Of a stretch of DNA of 36,683 nt, positions 15,624-25,118 are shown one piece after another (position 1 is the stretch's first letter; every line of letters starts with the position of its first letter). The DNA is from Candidatus Woesearchaeota archaeon. Lineage in GTDB: Archaea > Nanobdellota > Nanobdellia > Pacearchaeales > GW2011-AR1. Made by a program: the position numbers and the translations under genes. The stretch spans positions 1 to 36,683 of the forward strand of contig CAZZCD010000002.1 in assembly GCA_964652735.1 (NCBI GenBank), written 5' to 3'. Below the pieces are notes generated by a model that did no database searches, had not been told where the DNA came from, and saw only the letters and a list, made by a program, of their open reading frames with translations.

Positions 15624-16405
15624 TTTATAATCACTTCCTTTTCCTCCCAATTAAAATAATTATAACCATCTTCTTTATAATCCCAAAAAACCCTTGCTTC
15701 AATTCCTGTTTCTGCAAGATGTTTAGCAAGAAATCTCTCAATAAATCTTTTTCTCTCTTCATGTTTAGAATTGCTTATGCTTTCTTCATGAATTCTATAT
15801 CTATACAGATACTCGGGATTTTGAGCAATTTGATTCTCATCTAATAATTTGCTAGCTCTTAAAATATGGTCCCAATCCATAGCATATAAAATTTCTGGAT
15901 CAAATCCCTTAATTTTTTCATGTGTCTCACGGGTAAAACACTTAATAGGCCCAACATAATTAAAATGAAATAATCTTTTTCTTGAAAAAGGGTGGCATGG
16001 TCTATCACAAATATGATTGCCCTGAGTATTTATTCTTTTATGCATAGAATAAGAATATTGAACATGCGGATTATTAAGCATAAAATCTAAAGTTGATTCA
16101 ACAGCATTAGGCTCTAAAATATCATCTCCATCTAAAATAAGAATGTATTTTCCTTCGGAATAATCAATAGCTTGATTTCTAGCAACTGCAGACCCCTCAT
16201 TAACAGACTTTCTATAAAACCCAACATTATCCATGTTAGAAATTTCTCTTTCAATAATCTCGCAAGTGTTATCTCTAGACCCATCATCAACAATAACAAC
16301 TTCAAACTTAGGAGCTAATGTTTGAGCTCTTACACTCTCTAAGGTTTCTCCTACAAATTCCTCCACATTGTACGTAGGGATGATTAAACTAGCAAGTGTT
16401 GTCAT
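15620..16405 (-). CDS. Glycosyltransferase family 2
   Basis: The motifs are LIIPTYNVEEF...VVIVDDGSRDNT...ILDGDD. Confidence 0.9.
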   Translation of the reverse strand: MTTLASLIIPTYNVEEFVGETLESVRAQTLAPKFEVVIVDDGSRDNTCEIIEREISNMDNVGFYRKSVNEGSAVARNQAIDYSEGKYILILDGDDILEPNAVESTLDFMLNNPHVQYSYSMHKRINTQGNHICDRPCHPFSRKRLFHFNYVGPIKCFTRETHEKIKGFDPEILYAMDWDHILRASKLLDENQIAQNPEYLYRYRIHEESISNSKHEERKRFIERFLAKHLAETGIEARVFWDYKEDGYNYFNWEEKEVIIK

Positions 16406-16406
16406 T

Positions 16407-17579
16407 TTATTTTGGTATTACAGAATTAAAAACTTCTAAATATTTATTCATAACTCTTTCAACAGAATATTCTTTTCTGACTCTTTCAAGTCCTTTTCCA
16501 CCCATCCCTTCTCTAAAATCCCTATTATTTTTTAAATATTGAATTGCTTTAGAAACCTCTTCTGGTTTACCAGATGTAACTAAAAACCCAATATCATCAT
16601 CTATAACTTCTGAAATTCCACCCACATCTGTACCAATCAGGGGCTTTTCACAAGCCATTGCTTCTAAAAAAACTAAAGGATGCCCTTCGTGTTTAGATGT
16701 TAATAAAAAAACATCCATTGCATTATATGCCTCGAGAATCTCAGGATAATCTAACTTTCCAACAAATCTAAATCTTGATTCAAGTCCTATTCTCCGAATT
16801 CTTTCTTCAAGTTCAACACGATCTCTCCCTTCCCCACACATAAGAAAATAAACATTACTCAAAACCCCGTCATTTTTAAGACGTTGGGCTATATATTCAA
16901 ACCTAAATACTTCTTTAATGGGTGTGAAATTAGAAACATGCCCAAGCACAAAAGCATTATCAGGTATGTCTACACTTTTTCTGTAATTTGTATCTTTTTT
17001 AAAGAATTTTTCTGTATCAACAAAATTTGGAATATGTATGGATTCTTTTGTTATCCCCAATTCTTCCTCTGCTATTCTTTGTAAATCTTTAGAAACAAAA
17101 GTCAGTGCATCTGCTTTATTTAAACAAAGTCTTAATAGGGGATTAATATCTAATTTAGAACCATTTGTATGTATATCGCTTCCATGACCTGTCACAATAT
17201 AAGGCAAATTTATACCATCTAGTTTTAATTTTTCTCTAGCAGCATATGCTGGAAGAGCATGAGGCACAGCATAATTAGCATGAACTAGATCTAATCCAAC
17301 CTCTTTATGAACATCACAAAGTCTTGAACCAAGAGTCCAAACATAAGGCTCATTTTTCATACAAGGATAATCTACTTTTCTAACTCTGTGAAGTTGAACT
17401 CCTAACTCTTCCATATCAGGAGGATTTTCATCAGTATCATATCCTATAAAATGAACTTTATGACCACTTCTCACAAATTGCTCTGCCATTCTAGTAGCCA
17501 TAATTCCACTCCCTCCTAAATGAGGATAATAAAAAGACAACATTCCTATTTTCAGAGGTTTATTCTTATTATTTACCAT
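16407..17579 (-). CDS. Glycosyltransferase family 4 (BshA-like N-terminus)
   Basis: The motifs are MLSFYYPHLGGSGIMATRMAEQFVRSGHKVHFI and HEGHPLVFLEAMACEKPLIGTDVGGISEVI. Confidence 0.9.
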   Translation of the reverse strand: MVNNKNKPLKIGMLSFYYPHLGGSGIMATRMAEQFVRSGHKVHFIGYDTDENPPDMEELGVQLHRVRKVDYPCMKNEPYVWTLGSRLCDVHKEVGLDLVHANYAVPHALPAYAAREKLKLDGINLPYIVTGHGSDIHTNGSKLDINPLLRLCLNKADALTFVSKDLQRIAEEELGITKESIHIPNFVDTEKFFKKDTNYRKSVDIPDNAFVLGHVSNFTPIKEVFRFEYIAQRLKNDGVLSNVYFLMCGEGRDRVELEERIRRIGLESRFRFVGKLDYPEILEAYNAMDVFLLTSKHEGHPLVFLEAMACEKPLIGTDVGGISEVIDDDIGFLVTSGKPEEVSKAIQYLKNNRDFREGMGGKGLERVRKEYSVERVMNKYLEVFNSVIPK

Positions 17580-17686
17580 TATATAGCTCTTCTATGCTTT
17601 ATTTATAAATCCTTTGTTTTTATTATAAAATAGTGAAAGTTTATATAATTTTTGTGTAATTTTAAAGAAAAAACAGAACTTATCAC

Positions 17687-18181
17687 TTATTTCACTCTTT
17701 TCATCAAATCAAAAAGAGATTTCTTCTCAAACAGAATAATCCTTTTTTCCTTTAAATCAATATGAACCTTAATCAAACCAAGCATACTTGTAAAAACAGT
17801 GCAGACAAGGAAATTTTTTCCCTTAATATTTTGTAAGGAAAAAATTATCTTCTGAAGTTTATTTTTTATATCTCGCTTTTTCATCTCCTTAACAATCATT
17901 TCTTCTATTTCTTCAAGGTTAAAATCAAAATCAAGCTTAATTTCCAGCGGAATCTTTTTTGTTATCATTTCAACAGGAATTTTTTCAATCTTTTTTCCAA
18001 TCCTGAAACTAAACATTTTTTTTGCATCAGGAATATAAAAGTCAACATGTATTTGATTATCTTTGCCCTCTTTATCTATTGTGAAAAACCCAGAACACAG
18101 ATATGCTTTTGAATTCTCCTTTATAAAATTCTTAAACATAGTTGAAGAATGTAATTTCTCTAGATAAAATTGAAAGTTCAT
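17687..18181 (-). CDS. Hypothetical protein
   Basis: The ORF is 164 aa and starts 1 nt after the upstream NYN gene. I recognise no motif. Confidence 0.55.
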   Translation of the reverse strand: MNFQFYLEKLHSSTMFKNFIKENSKAYLCSGFFTIDKEGKDNQIHVDFYIPDAKKMFSFRIGKKIEKIPVEMITKKIPLEIKLDFDFNLEEIEEMIVKEMKKRDIKNKLQKIIFSLQNIKGKNFLVCTVFTSMLGLIKVHIDLKEKRIILFEKKSLFDLMKRVK

Positions 18182-18182
18182 T

Positions 18183-18725
18183 TCAAAAAAACTTATCTAA
18201 AACAGATTTACTTAATTGTTTGAAAGCATCACATTCGTGCTTTAAATGATAAGAAAACTTTATTTCAAATCCTATGTTCTCAACGTTTTTTCCAATTTCT
18301 TGAACAGCTTTTATAGCAGGGACAAAATCTCCATCTGTAGAAACTAATATTGCAGTATCATAGGCATTGTTATAAGCTAATTTTACCATATCAACAGCAA
18401 GATGAATGTCATCTTCTTTAACCTGATAATCTATTTTTCCATCAATCTTAACTTTTTGCATTCTACATAAAATAAGCTTAAAATTTGGAATCTTTTTCAA
18501 TTTTTCAAAGAATTTTTGCTGTTTCCTATAGGTTATTCCATCTTTTTTCCTATCTAAAGGTGCAGTATAATAATAAACCCTTATCTTTTTCCTTCCTGAA
18601 ACAAGATGCCTAGAAAATCTATCAAAATCAAATTTCATAAAAGTTTTAGATGCTCCATATATTTCTTTAAGAATATGGTAAAAATTACTTCCATCAATAA
18701 AAATAATTATTCTATCAGTCATCAC
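18183..18725 (-). CDS. NYN/LabA-like (PIN-related) domain protein
   Basis: The motifs are IIIFIDGSNFYH... and ...AILVSTDGDFVPAIKAVQEIGKNVENIGF. Confidence 0.8.
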   Translation of the reverse strand: MMTDRIIIFIDGSNFYHILKEIYGASKTFMKFDFDRFSRHLVSGRKKIRVYYYTAPLDRKKDGITYRKQQKFFEKLKKIPNFKLILCRMQKVKIDGKIDYQVKEDDIHLAVDMVKLAYNNAYDTAILVSTDGDFVPAIKAVQEIGKNVENIGFEIKFSYHLKHECDAFKQLSKSVLDKFF

Positions 18726-18832
18726 AAAACATATTTCAAAGAATTAATAAAGTTAACTATGAAACCCAGAGTTGCCGAAGCAATTCTGGGGGATATATAA
18801 TTATAATTATATTTAAAAGTTTTTAAGGTTTT

Positions 18833-18970
18833 CTATTTTCTTTCATCAATCTCTTTTTTTAAAGATTTAGTAAATACGCTAACTTTCATTCTTTTTATCT
18901 TCTTATCTCCACGAATTCTTAGAGCCACACTGCCATCTTTTTCTTCTTTCTCACCAACAACAATTAATTT
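18833..18970 (-). pseudogene. Displaced 3' remnant of a ThrRS-type anticodon-binding domain (45 codons plus stop, no start, preceded by an in-frame TAG)
   Basis: The minus-strand translation is KLIVVGEKEEKDGSVALRIRGDKKIKRMKVSVFTKSLKKEIDERK*. It aligns with the C-terminus of the intact ThrRS (VILAGDEEEKNNTIAVRHMGKVNYNVKIDDFIKELKKSIEERK*). About 19 of 43 positions are identical by eye, including the terminal ...ERK stop. Confidence 0.6.
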
Positions 18971-19016
18971 CTAAGTGGTTATAAATATTTATATTCTCCT
19001 TTAACTATAATGTTAT

Positions 19017-20144
19017 ATGAAATTTAACATTCTGCAATATTTACCTAACACAACAAAAATAATGATAGATAAAGAAATAAGAAAAGAATTATTTTCTAAT
19101 AAATCTATAAGTGAATGGAGTAAATCTCTTAATGTTCCTTTAAAAAACATAAGCAGATATATCAATGGGACAAGATCCATTCCGATAACATTATTAACTG
19201 AATTGGCCAAATCAAAGAAGATAAACAGTAAATTACAAGATAAAATAAAACTTAAAATAACTAAAAGCGGGAATTATCTCAGAATTGGCCCAATAATTAA
19301 AATAGATGAAGACTTGATATATGTAGCAGAATTGATTAAAGGGGATGGACATATCACCCCCAATTTCTGGAGGATAATCTTTGTGAATAATAATGGATTT
19401 TTAATAACTTATGTTCATAATTTTTTCAAGTCTTTAGGAATAAAACAAAGCCAGATAAGCCTTATTAAAAGAAAAGATGCTAATTTTCTTACTATAAGAT
19501 CATCCTTATTAGCCATATTATTCAATAAAATTTTGGAGGTTCCATCAGGAAGAAAAAAAGAATTAAATATTCCTGAATTCGTACTTTCAGACAGAAATTT
19601 AAGTATCGCGGCGGTTAGGGGAGCATTTGATGCTGAAGGACATATAACTTCAAAAGGTTCTAGAAGGATTTCTATAACATCAAATAGTAAAAAATGGTTA
19701 ACCCAATTAAAACAAATCTTAGAGAAGTTAAATATAAATTCAAGAATATTTGAAGACAAATCAAAAAGAAAAGAGCCACTCTACAGGCTCTTTATATCCC
19801 ATAGACAAAATCTCATAAAATTTCTAAAAATAATCAAACCTTTACACACGAAAAGAAAAGAAAAATTAAAAGAAAGATTATCTGATTATACAAAAAATCC
19901 TCAAAAAGAATTTCATAAGAGAATATTGCTCTCAATAAAAAAGGGAAATACCAGAAGAAGAGAAATTGCTAGCGATATAAAACAGGATTTAATATTAATT
20001 GGGAACAATATTAATTGGTTAAAGAAAAAAAGGTATATAGATTCTTTCGAAAAGATTTATACAAACAAAGGATGTTACCATAAATACAAAGTTACTGGAA
20101 AAGGGGAAGGATATCTAGAAAAATCACTTTCTTTCTTCGATTGA
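19017..20144 (+). CDS. Free-standing double-motif LAGLIDADG homing-endonuclease-like protein with N-terminal HTH
   Basis: Two dodecapeptide motifs are present: YVAELIKGDGHI and IAAVRGAFDAEGHI. The N-terminal SISEWSKSLNVPLKNISRYINGTRSIP looks like an HTH. The 3' end overlaps the thrS 3' end convergently by 21 nt. Confidence 0.8.
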   Translation: MKFNILQYLPNTTKIMIDKEIRKELFSNKSISEWSKSLNVPLKNISRYINGTRSIPITLLTELAKSKKINSKLQDKIKLKITKSGNYLRIGPIIKIDEDLIYVAELIKGDGHITPNFWRIIFVNNNGFLITYVHNFFKSLGIKQSQISLIKRKDANFLTIRSSLLAILFNKILEVPSGRKKELNIPEFVLSDRNLSIAAVRGAFDAEGHITSKGSRRISITSNSKKWLTQLKQILEKLNINSRIFEDKSKRKEPLYRLFISHRQNLIKFLKIIKPLHTKRKEKLKERLSDYTKNPQKEFHKRILLSIKKGNTRRREIASDIKQDLILIGNNINWLKKKRYIDSFEKIYTNKGCYHKYKVTGKGEGYLEKSLSFFD

Positions 20145-21818
20145 TTTTTTAAGTTCCTTAATGAAATCATCAATTTTAACATTATAATTAACTTTTCCCA
20201 TATGACGAACAGCAATTGTGTTATTTTTCTCTTCCTCGTCCCCAGCCAGAATCACCCAAGGAATTTTCATAATCTCTGCATCTTTAACTTTAGAAGAAAC
20301 AGACACAGATCTTAAATCCGAATCAATTCTCAAACCAAGAATGTTTTTTTTCAATTGCTCTACTGCTTTTACAGCATATTTTTCATTTCTGCTTGTTAAG
20401 CTCAACACACGAACCTGAACAGGAGCAAGCCATGTCATAAGCCTTCCTTTTGTATGCTCAAGAAGAATCCCTATAAACCTCTCTAGAGAACCATAAACAG
20501 TTCTGTGTAACATAATTGGCCTTTTCTTTTTGTTGTCTTTATCAGTATATTCTAATTCAAATCGCTCTGGCATTGCAAAATCTAATTGTATCGTTGCTGT
20601 CTGCCATGTTCTTCCTAATGAATCTTTAATATGAAAATCAATCTTAGGACCATAAAAAACACCTTCACCTTTATTTAGTTTAAACTTGATTTTTTTCTTT
20701 TTTAAAACTTCTTCTAAAATTTTTTCAGCCATAACCCACATTTTGTCAGAACCAATTCTTTTTTCAGGTCTTGTAGAAAGTTCAACATGATAATCAAATT
20801 TAAATTTTTTATAAAATTTGGAAACTAATCCTATAACATCAATAACTTCTTTCTCAACTTGTTCTTCATTAGCACAATAAATATGTGCATCATCTTGAGT
20901 AAATTTAATAACTCTGAACAAGCCACCCAAAACCCCTGAAAGTTCTTGTCTATGAACAGTTCCTAATTCAGCAATTCGTAAAGGTAAATCCCTGTAGCTC
21001 TTTGGAGAATTTTTAAAAACCAGGATGCCTCCAGGACAATTCATTGGTTTAACTGCAAAAACATTATTATCATAATCTGTTAAGAAAATATTTTCCCTGT
21101 ATTTTTCCCAGTGGCCTGAAATCTGCCATAATTTTTTATTTAAAATTTGAGGGGTTGAAATTTCCTGGTAATTTGCCTTTTTATGTTCTTCTCTCCAAAA
21201 TTTAATAAGTTCTTTATAAATAATCCATCCATTATTATGCCAAAAAACCATACCTGGCGCAGTTTCAGAAAAACTAAATAAATCCATTTGTTGGCCAATA
21301 ATCCTATGGTCATTATTTTTTAATTTTGAGCTATCAAGAATGTTTTTCCCAATACTTCTCAAAAGATTCTTTGAATCAATTTTTTCTTCTGTCTTTTTTT
21401 CAGTTCTAATCTCCCTTGACAATTCACTTAACGGGTGCCCTTTAACTTTTAATTCAAACTCCTTGTAATACCCAAAAGGAGCGTTTGTAACATTGAAATC
21501 CCCTCCAAGCTCTTTTCCAGCCTTTTTCAAAACCTCAACAGCTACATCAGAAGAAGCAAGATTATTTGAAAGATGAGCATAAGGATATAAAACAATGTTT
21601 TTAACATTTACTTGGCCTGCAACATCCTTAATATTCTTCACAAGTTCTTTAATAGATTCCTTAACGCTGTCGGTTTTTTCAACAGCAGTTAAAACCACGA
21701 GGGATTCTTTAACTTTTTCCCCTTTTTTCTCTTTATCTGTCAGCACCTCAATGTTTTTCAAAGCTTTTTTTAAAGGTTTAAAATTAATATAATCAACATG
21801 TAAAGTTAGGATTTTCAT
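20124..21818 (-). CDS. thrS: Threonyl-tRNA synthetase with archaea-specific N-terminal editing domain
   Basis: The editing domain reads MKILTLHVDYINFKP...LYPYAHLSNNLA...APFGYYKEFELKVKGHPLSEL. Class II core motifs are present (FRVIKFTQDDAHIYC, YGPKIDFHIKDSLGRTWQTATIQLDF). An anticodon-binding domain follows. Confidence 0.95.
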   Translation of the reverse strand: MKILTLHVDYINFKPLKKALKNIEVLTDKEKKGEKVKESLVVLTAVEKTDSVKESIKELVKNIKDVAGQVNVKNIVLYPYAHLSNNLASSDVAVEVLKKAGKELGGDFNVTNAPFGYYKEFELKVKGHPLSELSREIRTEKKTEEKIDSKNLLRSIGKNILDSSKLKNNDHRIIGQQMDLFSFSETAPGMVFWHNNGWIIYKELIKFWREEHKKANYQEISTPQILNKKLWQISGHWEKYRENIFLTDYDNNVFAVKPMNCPGGILVFKNSPKSYRDLPLRIAELGTVHRQELSGVLGGLFRVIKFTQDDAHIYCANEEQVEKEVIDVIGLVSKFYKKFKFDYHVELSTRPEKRIGSDKMWVMAEKILEEVLKKKKIKFKLNKGEGVFYGPKIDFHIKDSLGRTWQTATIQLDFAMPERFELEYTDKDNKKKRPIMLHRTVYGSLERFIGILLEHTKGRLMTWLAPVQVRVLSLTSRNEKYAVKAVEQLKKNILGLRIDSDLRSVSVSSKVKDAEIMKIPWVILAGDEEEKNNTIAVRHMGKVNYNVKIDDFIKELKKSIEERK

Positions 21819-21852
21819 GTCAGAAAGAATGAAATCAGGTTTAAAAATTCTT

Positions 21853-22563
21853 TTACTTTTTCCATATTTGATGAAAAAATTCTTTATACATTTCTGCTAT
21901 TTGTTTAGATTTTATTAAATAGCCAACTGGTTTCTCGCCCCAAGAGAAGAAAGCAATTTTATCTCTACAAATGCTTATATTAGAAGGTATTGGAAAGTCT
22001 ACATATTTTATTTTCAAAATTTTTCTTTTTGCAAATAATTTTCTTAGTTCTTTTGGAGCTAACCCCTTAATATTTAATCCCTTAGCTTTTCTCTTAGCAT
22101 CATACATTTCAAAAAATTCCTGTATCTCCTTATTCATTTCTTTTACATTTACAGAGAAAAACAGATATTCTTCCCCCCTCTTCGTGTCTTCTATTAAAAT
22201 ATTGAGCATAGAAATTATTCCTTTTGTTCCTTCAAATATCTCGGCACCCTGTTTTTCTTTTGATTTTTTTTGTTGTAATTCTAATTCTGGCAATATTTTT
22301 AGAAAATCTTTCTTTTTATCATCAATAAAACTCAAAATTTGTTTTGGTGGAACAGTCTGATAAAACTTAATCTTTCCTTTTTTAATATAAGAGATCAATC
22401 CTTTCTCAATAAGTGTATTAATTGAATTGTGCACTGCCGAGCTTGCCATTCTTGATTTCTCTATAATATTTCCTACTTTAGTCTCTCCAAGCCTTAGAAG
22501 AGAGATATAAACAGAAATCTCCCCCTTACTTAAACCCACTTCCTCAAGAATTGCAGTATCCAT
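21853..22563 (-). CDS. TrmB-family transcriptional regulator
   Basis: The N-terminal wHTH is GLSKGEISVYISLLRLGETKVGNIIEKSRMASSAVHNSINTLIEKGLISY. Confidence 0.8.
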   Translation of the reverse strand: MDTAILEEVGLSKGEISVYISLLRLGETKVGNIIEKSRMASSAVHNSINTLIEKGLISYIKKGKIKFYQTVPPKQILSFIDDKKKDFLKILPELELQQKKSKEKQGAEIFEGTKGIISMLNILIEDTKRGEEYLFFSVNVKEMNKEIQEFFEMYDAKRKAKGLNIKGLAPKELRKLFAKRKILKIKYVDFPIPSNISICRDKIAFFSWGEKPVGYLIKSKQIAEMYKEFFHQIWKK

Positions 22564-22677
22564 TAAAAAAAGACCCAGTTAAACTATTTAAATCTTGTTA
22601 TAACTCTCCAAAAATAGAGAGTTATTATTTATATTAGATAATGTCTATAAAATATTAATTAAATCAATGAAAAGAAA

Positions 22678-23160
22678 ATGAAACTCAAAAAATACATAAC
22701 AAAACAAGGATGGAAAGAAGATTGGAATCAGACAAAGAAAGATTTCAGAAAAGTTGGTAAGCTTGCGAAGAAAGTTGGAGAAACAGCTTACTGGGATCTC
22801 TATTATACAACTGGTTACAGCAGCATGGCTGGTCTTGGTAATGGTATAGCGAATGCTCAAAAAGGAGAGTCCTTTAAGAAAGGATTCGGAGAAGCTTACG
22901 TCAATAATTTCCCTTTAGGAATGGCTGTAAATCTTGCATATCCTATATTATTCAATAAATTAAAGAAATCCAAGAACTATAGACTTTACGCTAATCTGGC
23001 AACACTAGGAATTAATGCAGGATTTCTAGCATGGCATTATCTTACAGGAACAGATAATCCTATACAAGCTATGGTTCCAAATACTCTCGTAGGATTAGCT
23101 ATGGCTAATGGACATGTATCCCAGACAAAAAAGAAAAATCTCGAAGAAGCAATAGTTTAA
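22678..23160 (+). CDS. Hypothetical protein (possibly membrane-associated)
   Basis: The ORF is 160 aa and I recognise no motif. Confidence 0.5.
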   Translation: MKLKKYITKQGWKEDWNQTKKDFRKVGKLAKKVGETAYWDLYYTTGYSSMAGLGNGIANAQKGESFKKGFGEAYVNNFPLGMAVNLAYPILFNKLKKSKNYRLYANLATLGINAGFLAWHYLTGTDNPIQAMVPNTLVGLAMANGHVSQTKKKNLEEAIV

Positions 23161-23169
23161 AAAATTAAT

Positions 23170-24966
23170 CTAAAGAAATTTATGAACTTGCTTTCTCGCT
23201 TTTCTTAGTTTTTTCTTGTGTTTCTTCAAAAATACATTTATTTTTTTTATTGCAATCTCTTTCAACTCTGAAGTCAGCATTTCTCCTTTCCTATATTTAT
23301 TTTCTATTTCTGCAAGTTTTTTATCATTAGGTTCAAAAAACATTTTCAAATACTGGAAAGAAACATCTTTATCAGGATTTCCTCCTTTCTCTTTATGCTC
23401 TTTAACAGTATCTCTTCCGCCTGAAAAAGCATATTTCCTTATCTTCCTCTCAACATCTTTAGGAGAATCAGTCATAGCTATAAAAGACGACTTGTCACTG
23501 CTTGACATTTTCCCAGTTCCTTTCAAACTAGGAATAAAAATATGATAAGTTGAGCTTATCTGGTTAAAATCATAATCTTTATACCTGTTCCCCATACCTC
23601 TTGCAATTCTTATGTGTGGGTCTTGGTCTGTTCCAACAGGAATAAATGTTGGAATAGGTTTGCCTTCAAACTCTGGAAGTTGTGGATGAAACATATCTGC
23701 TACCTGTAGTAGAGAAGCATTCATTTTTCCAGGAGAAATAGCCCCATAAACTGCTCTGAATTCATTAAAAGTAGCATATCTTGAAAAATTCGAAGCCAGT
23801 TTATAATATGCATTTGACTTTTCAGCGTCCCTTGATCTCTCGCTCTGAAAATAAAAATCAACATTTTTTGGCTTTAATCCTAATGCTATATAATTAAGCA
23901 AGTACTGCTCTATAGCTATTTTTCTGAGTTCTTCAAGAGATTTTTCCCGGGTATTATAAGCTTCAAGATCTGCAACAGCAATATACAATTTTGCCCCTAA
24001 CTTTTGATAAAATATCATTTGTTGTGCGAGCAACATATGGCCAAAATGAAAATCTCCAGAAGGCATTAAACCAGTCATCATAACAAATTCCTTTCTATTC
24101 TTAATGCAATCTAAAATCTTTTCAAAATCCCTATGCGCAAAAACAGCTTTTCTTCTAAAAAGAATATTGTCATTAAACATTTTTGGCAGACTTGGCAGTA
24201 GTTTTATGCCAAATTTTCTTACTAATTTCTTATAATCAATTTCTCCAGAGACTTCCCATGGAGTAACTGTTGTTCCTTCTGTCATGCCATAATTTAAGTT
24301 AATTTCTCTTTTAAAACTTTTTACTTTTTTAATCACGGCTTCAACTAAAACATCAATTGTATCAATCTTTCTAAAAGAAGTATTTTTTAACATAACTGCA
24401 AGCTCTGTACATCCAAGTAAAACAGCATCAAATTCTTTTTTACAAATCTCTTTAACTTTTTCAATCTGCTTGGATTTTTCTAGCCCTTTATTGAAATTAA
24501 AAATAGCTTCTGATAGAATTTTTGTTTCTTCGCTAGAGGGTTTAATTATATTAAACTCATCAAAATCATAAAGTCCTTTATTAAGAGTACTTGGAGTGCC
24601 AATTATCAAAATATTTTTAAGATTATTCTCAATAAGAAAATCCTTGACTTCTTTCCTTAAATCTAAAATAGGGGTATCAATTTCTTCCTGTAATTTATCA
24701 TAAAACAAGTGAATTGTATTACAAATTATCAAGATAAAATCTACATCAAATTTTTCCAGTTCTTTAAGACCATCTAGATAAGGTTTTAGATCTCTATCAA
24801 AAATTTTTTCATGGATCAGTTCTGGTGCAGGGATACTATTAACAATTATCTGCGGAAAATCCTCATTGCTTCTAACTAAATCTTTTTCTTGTAATTTTCT
24901 AATTAATCTCTTATAAAACTCTCCTGTAGCTTCTGGACCAATTCCACCAAGAACACCTATCTTAAT
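23170..24966 (-). CDS. trpS: In-frame fusion: Asp/Glu racemase domain (about 24286-24966) plus archaeal tryptophanyl-tRNA synthetase (23170-24285)
   Basis: The TrpRS part reads MTEGTTVTPWEVSGEIDYKKLVRKFG, with HIGH-type FHFGH, GTDQDPHIRIAR and KMSSS. The racemase part has ICNTIH and LGCTELAVM (the two catalytic Cys motifs). The N-terminal KIGVLGGIGPEATGEFY motif lies upstream of the track's TTG start 24732. The frame is open back to TAG 24991-24993 with no ATG/GTG/TTG. ATT 24964-24966 sits 9 nt after GGAGGT (24976-24981). Confidence 0.7.
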   Translation of the reverse strand: MKIGVLGGIGPEATGEFYKRLIRKLQEKDLVRSNEDFPQIIVNSIPAPELIHEKIFDRDLKPYLDGLKELEKFDVDFILIICNTIHLFYDKLQEEIDTPILDLRKEVKDFLIENNLKNILIIGTPSTLNKGLYDFDEFNIIKPSSEETKILSEAIFNFNKGLEKSKQIEKVKEICKKEFDAVLLGCTELAVMLKNTSFRKIDTIDVLVEAVIKKVKSFKREINLNYGMTEGTTVTPWEVSGEIDYKKLVRKFGIKLLPSLPKMFNDNILFRRKAVFAHRDFEKILDCIKNRKEFVMMTGLMPSGDFHFGHMLLAQQMIFYQKLGAKLYIAVADLEAYNTREKSLEELRKIAIEQYLLNYIALGLKPKNVDFYFQSERSRDAEKSNAYYKLASNFSRYATFNEFRAVYGAISPGKMNASLLQVADMFHPQLPEFEGKPIPTFIPVGTDQDPHIRIARGMGNRYKDYDFNQISSTYHIFIPSLKGTGKMSSSDKSSFIAMTDSPKDVERKIRKYAFSGGRDTVKEHKEKGGNPDKDVSFQYLKMFFEPNDKKLAEIENKYRKGEMLTSELKEIAIKKINVFLKKHKKKLRKARKQVHKFL

Positions 24967-25118
24967 TCCAGGGAAACCTCCTATCTCTAGCTAAGAAAAA
25001 GTCTTCAATTTTATTGCCAGAGATATTTGTTTCTCATACTATTTTCTCTAATAAAACATATTTAAATGTTTCTAAAATCCCCACAAATATTTATAAATAA
25101 TATTCTGCTTCAATTCAT

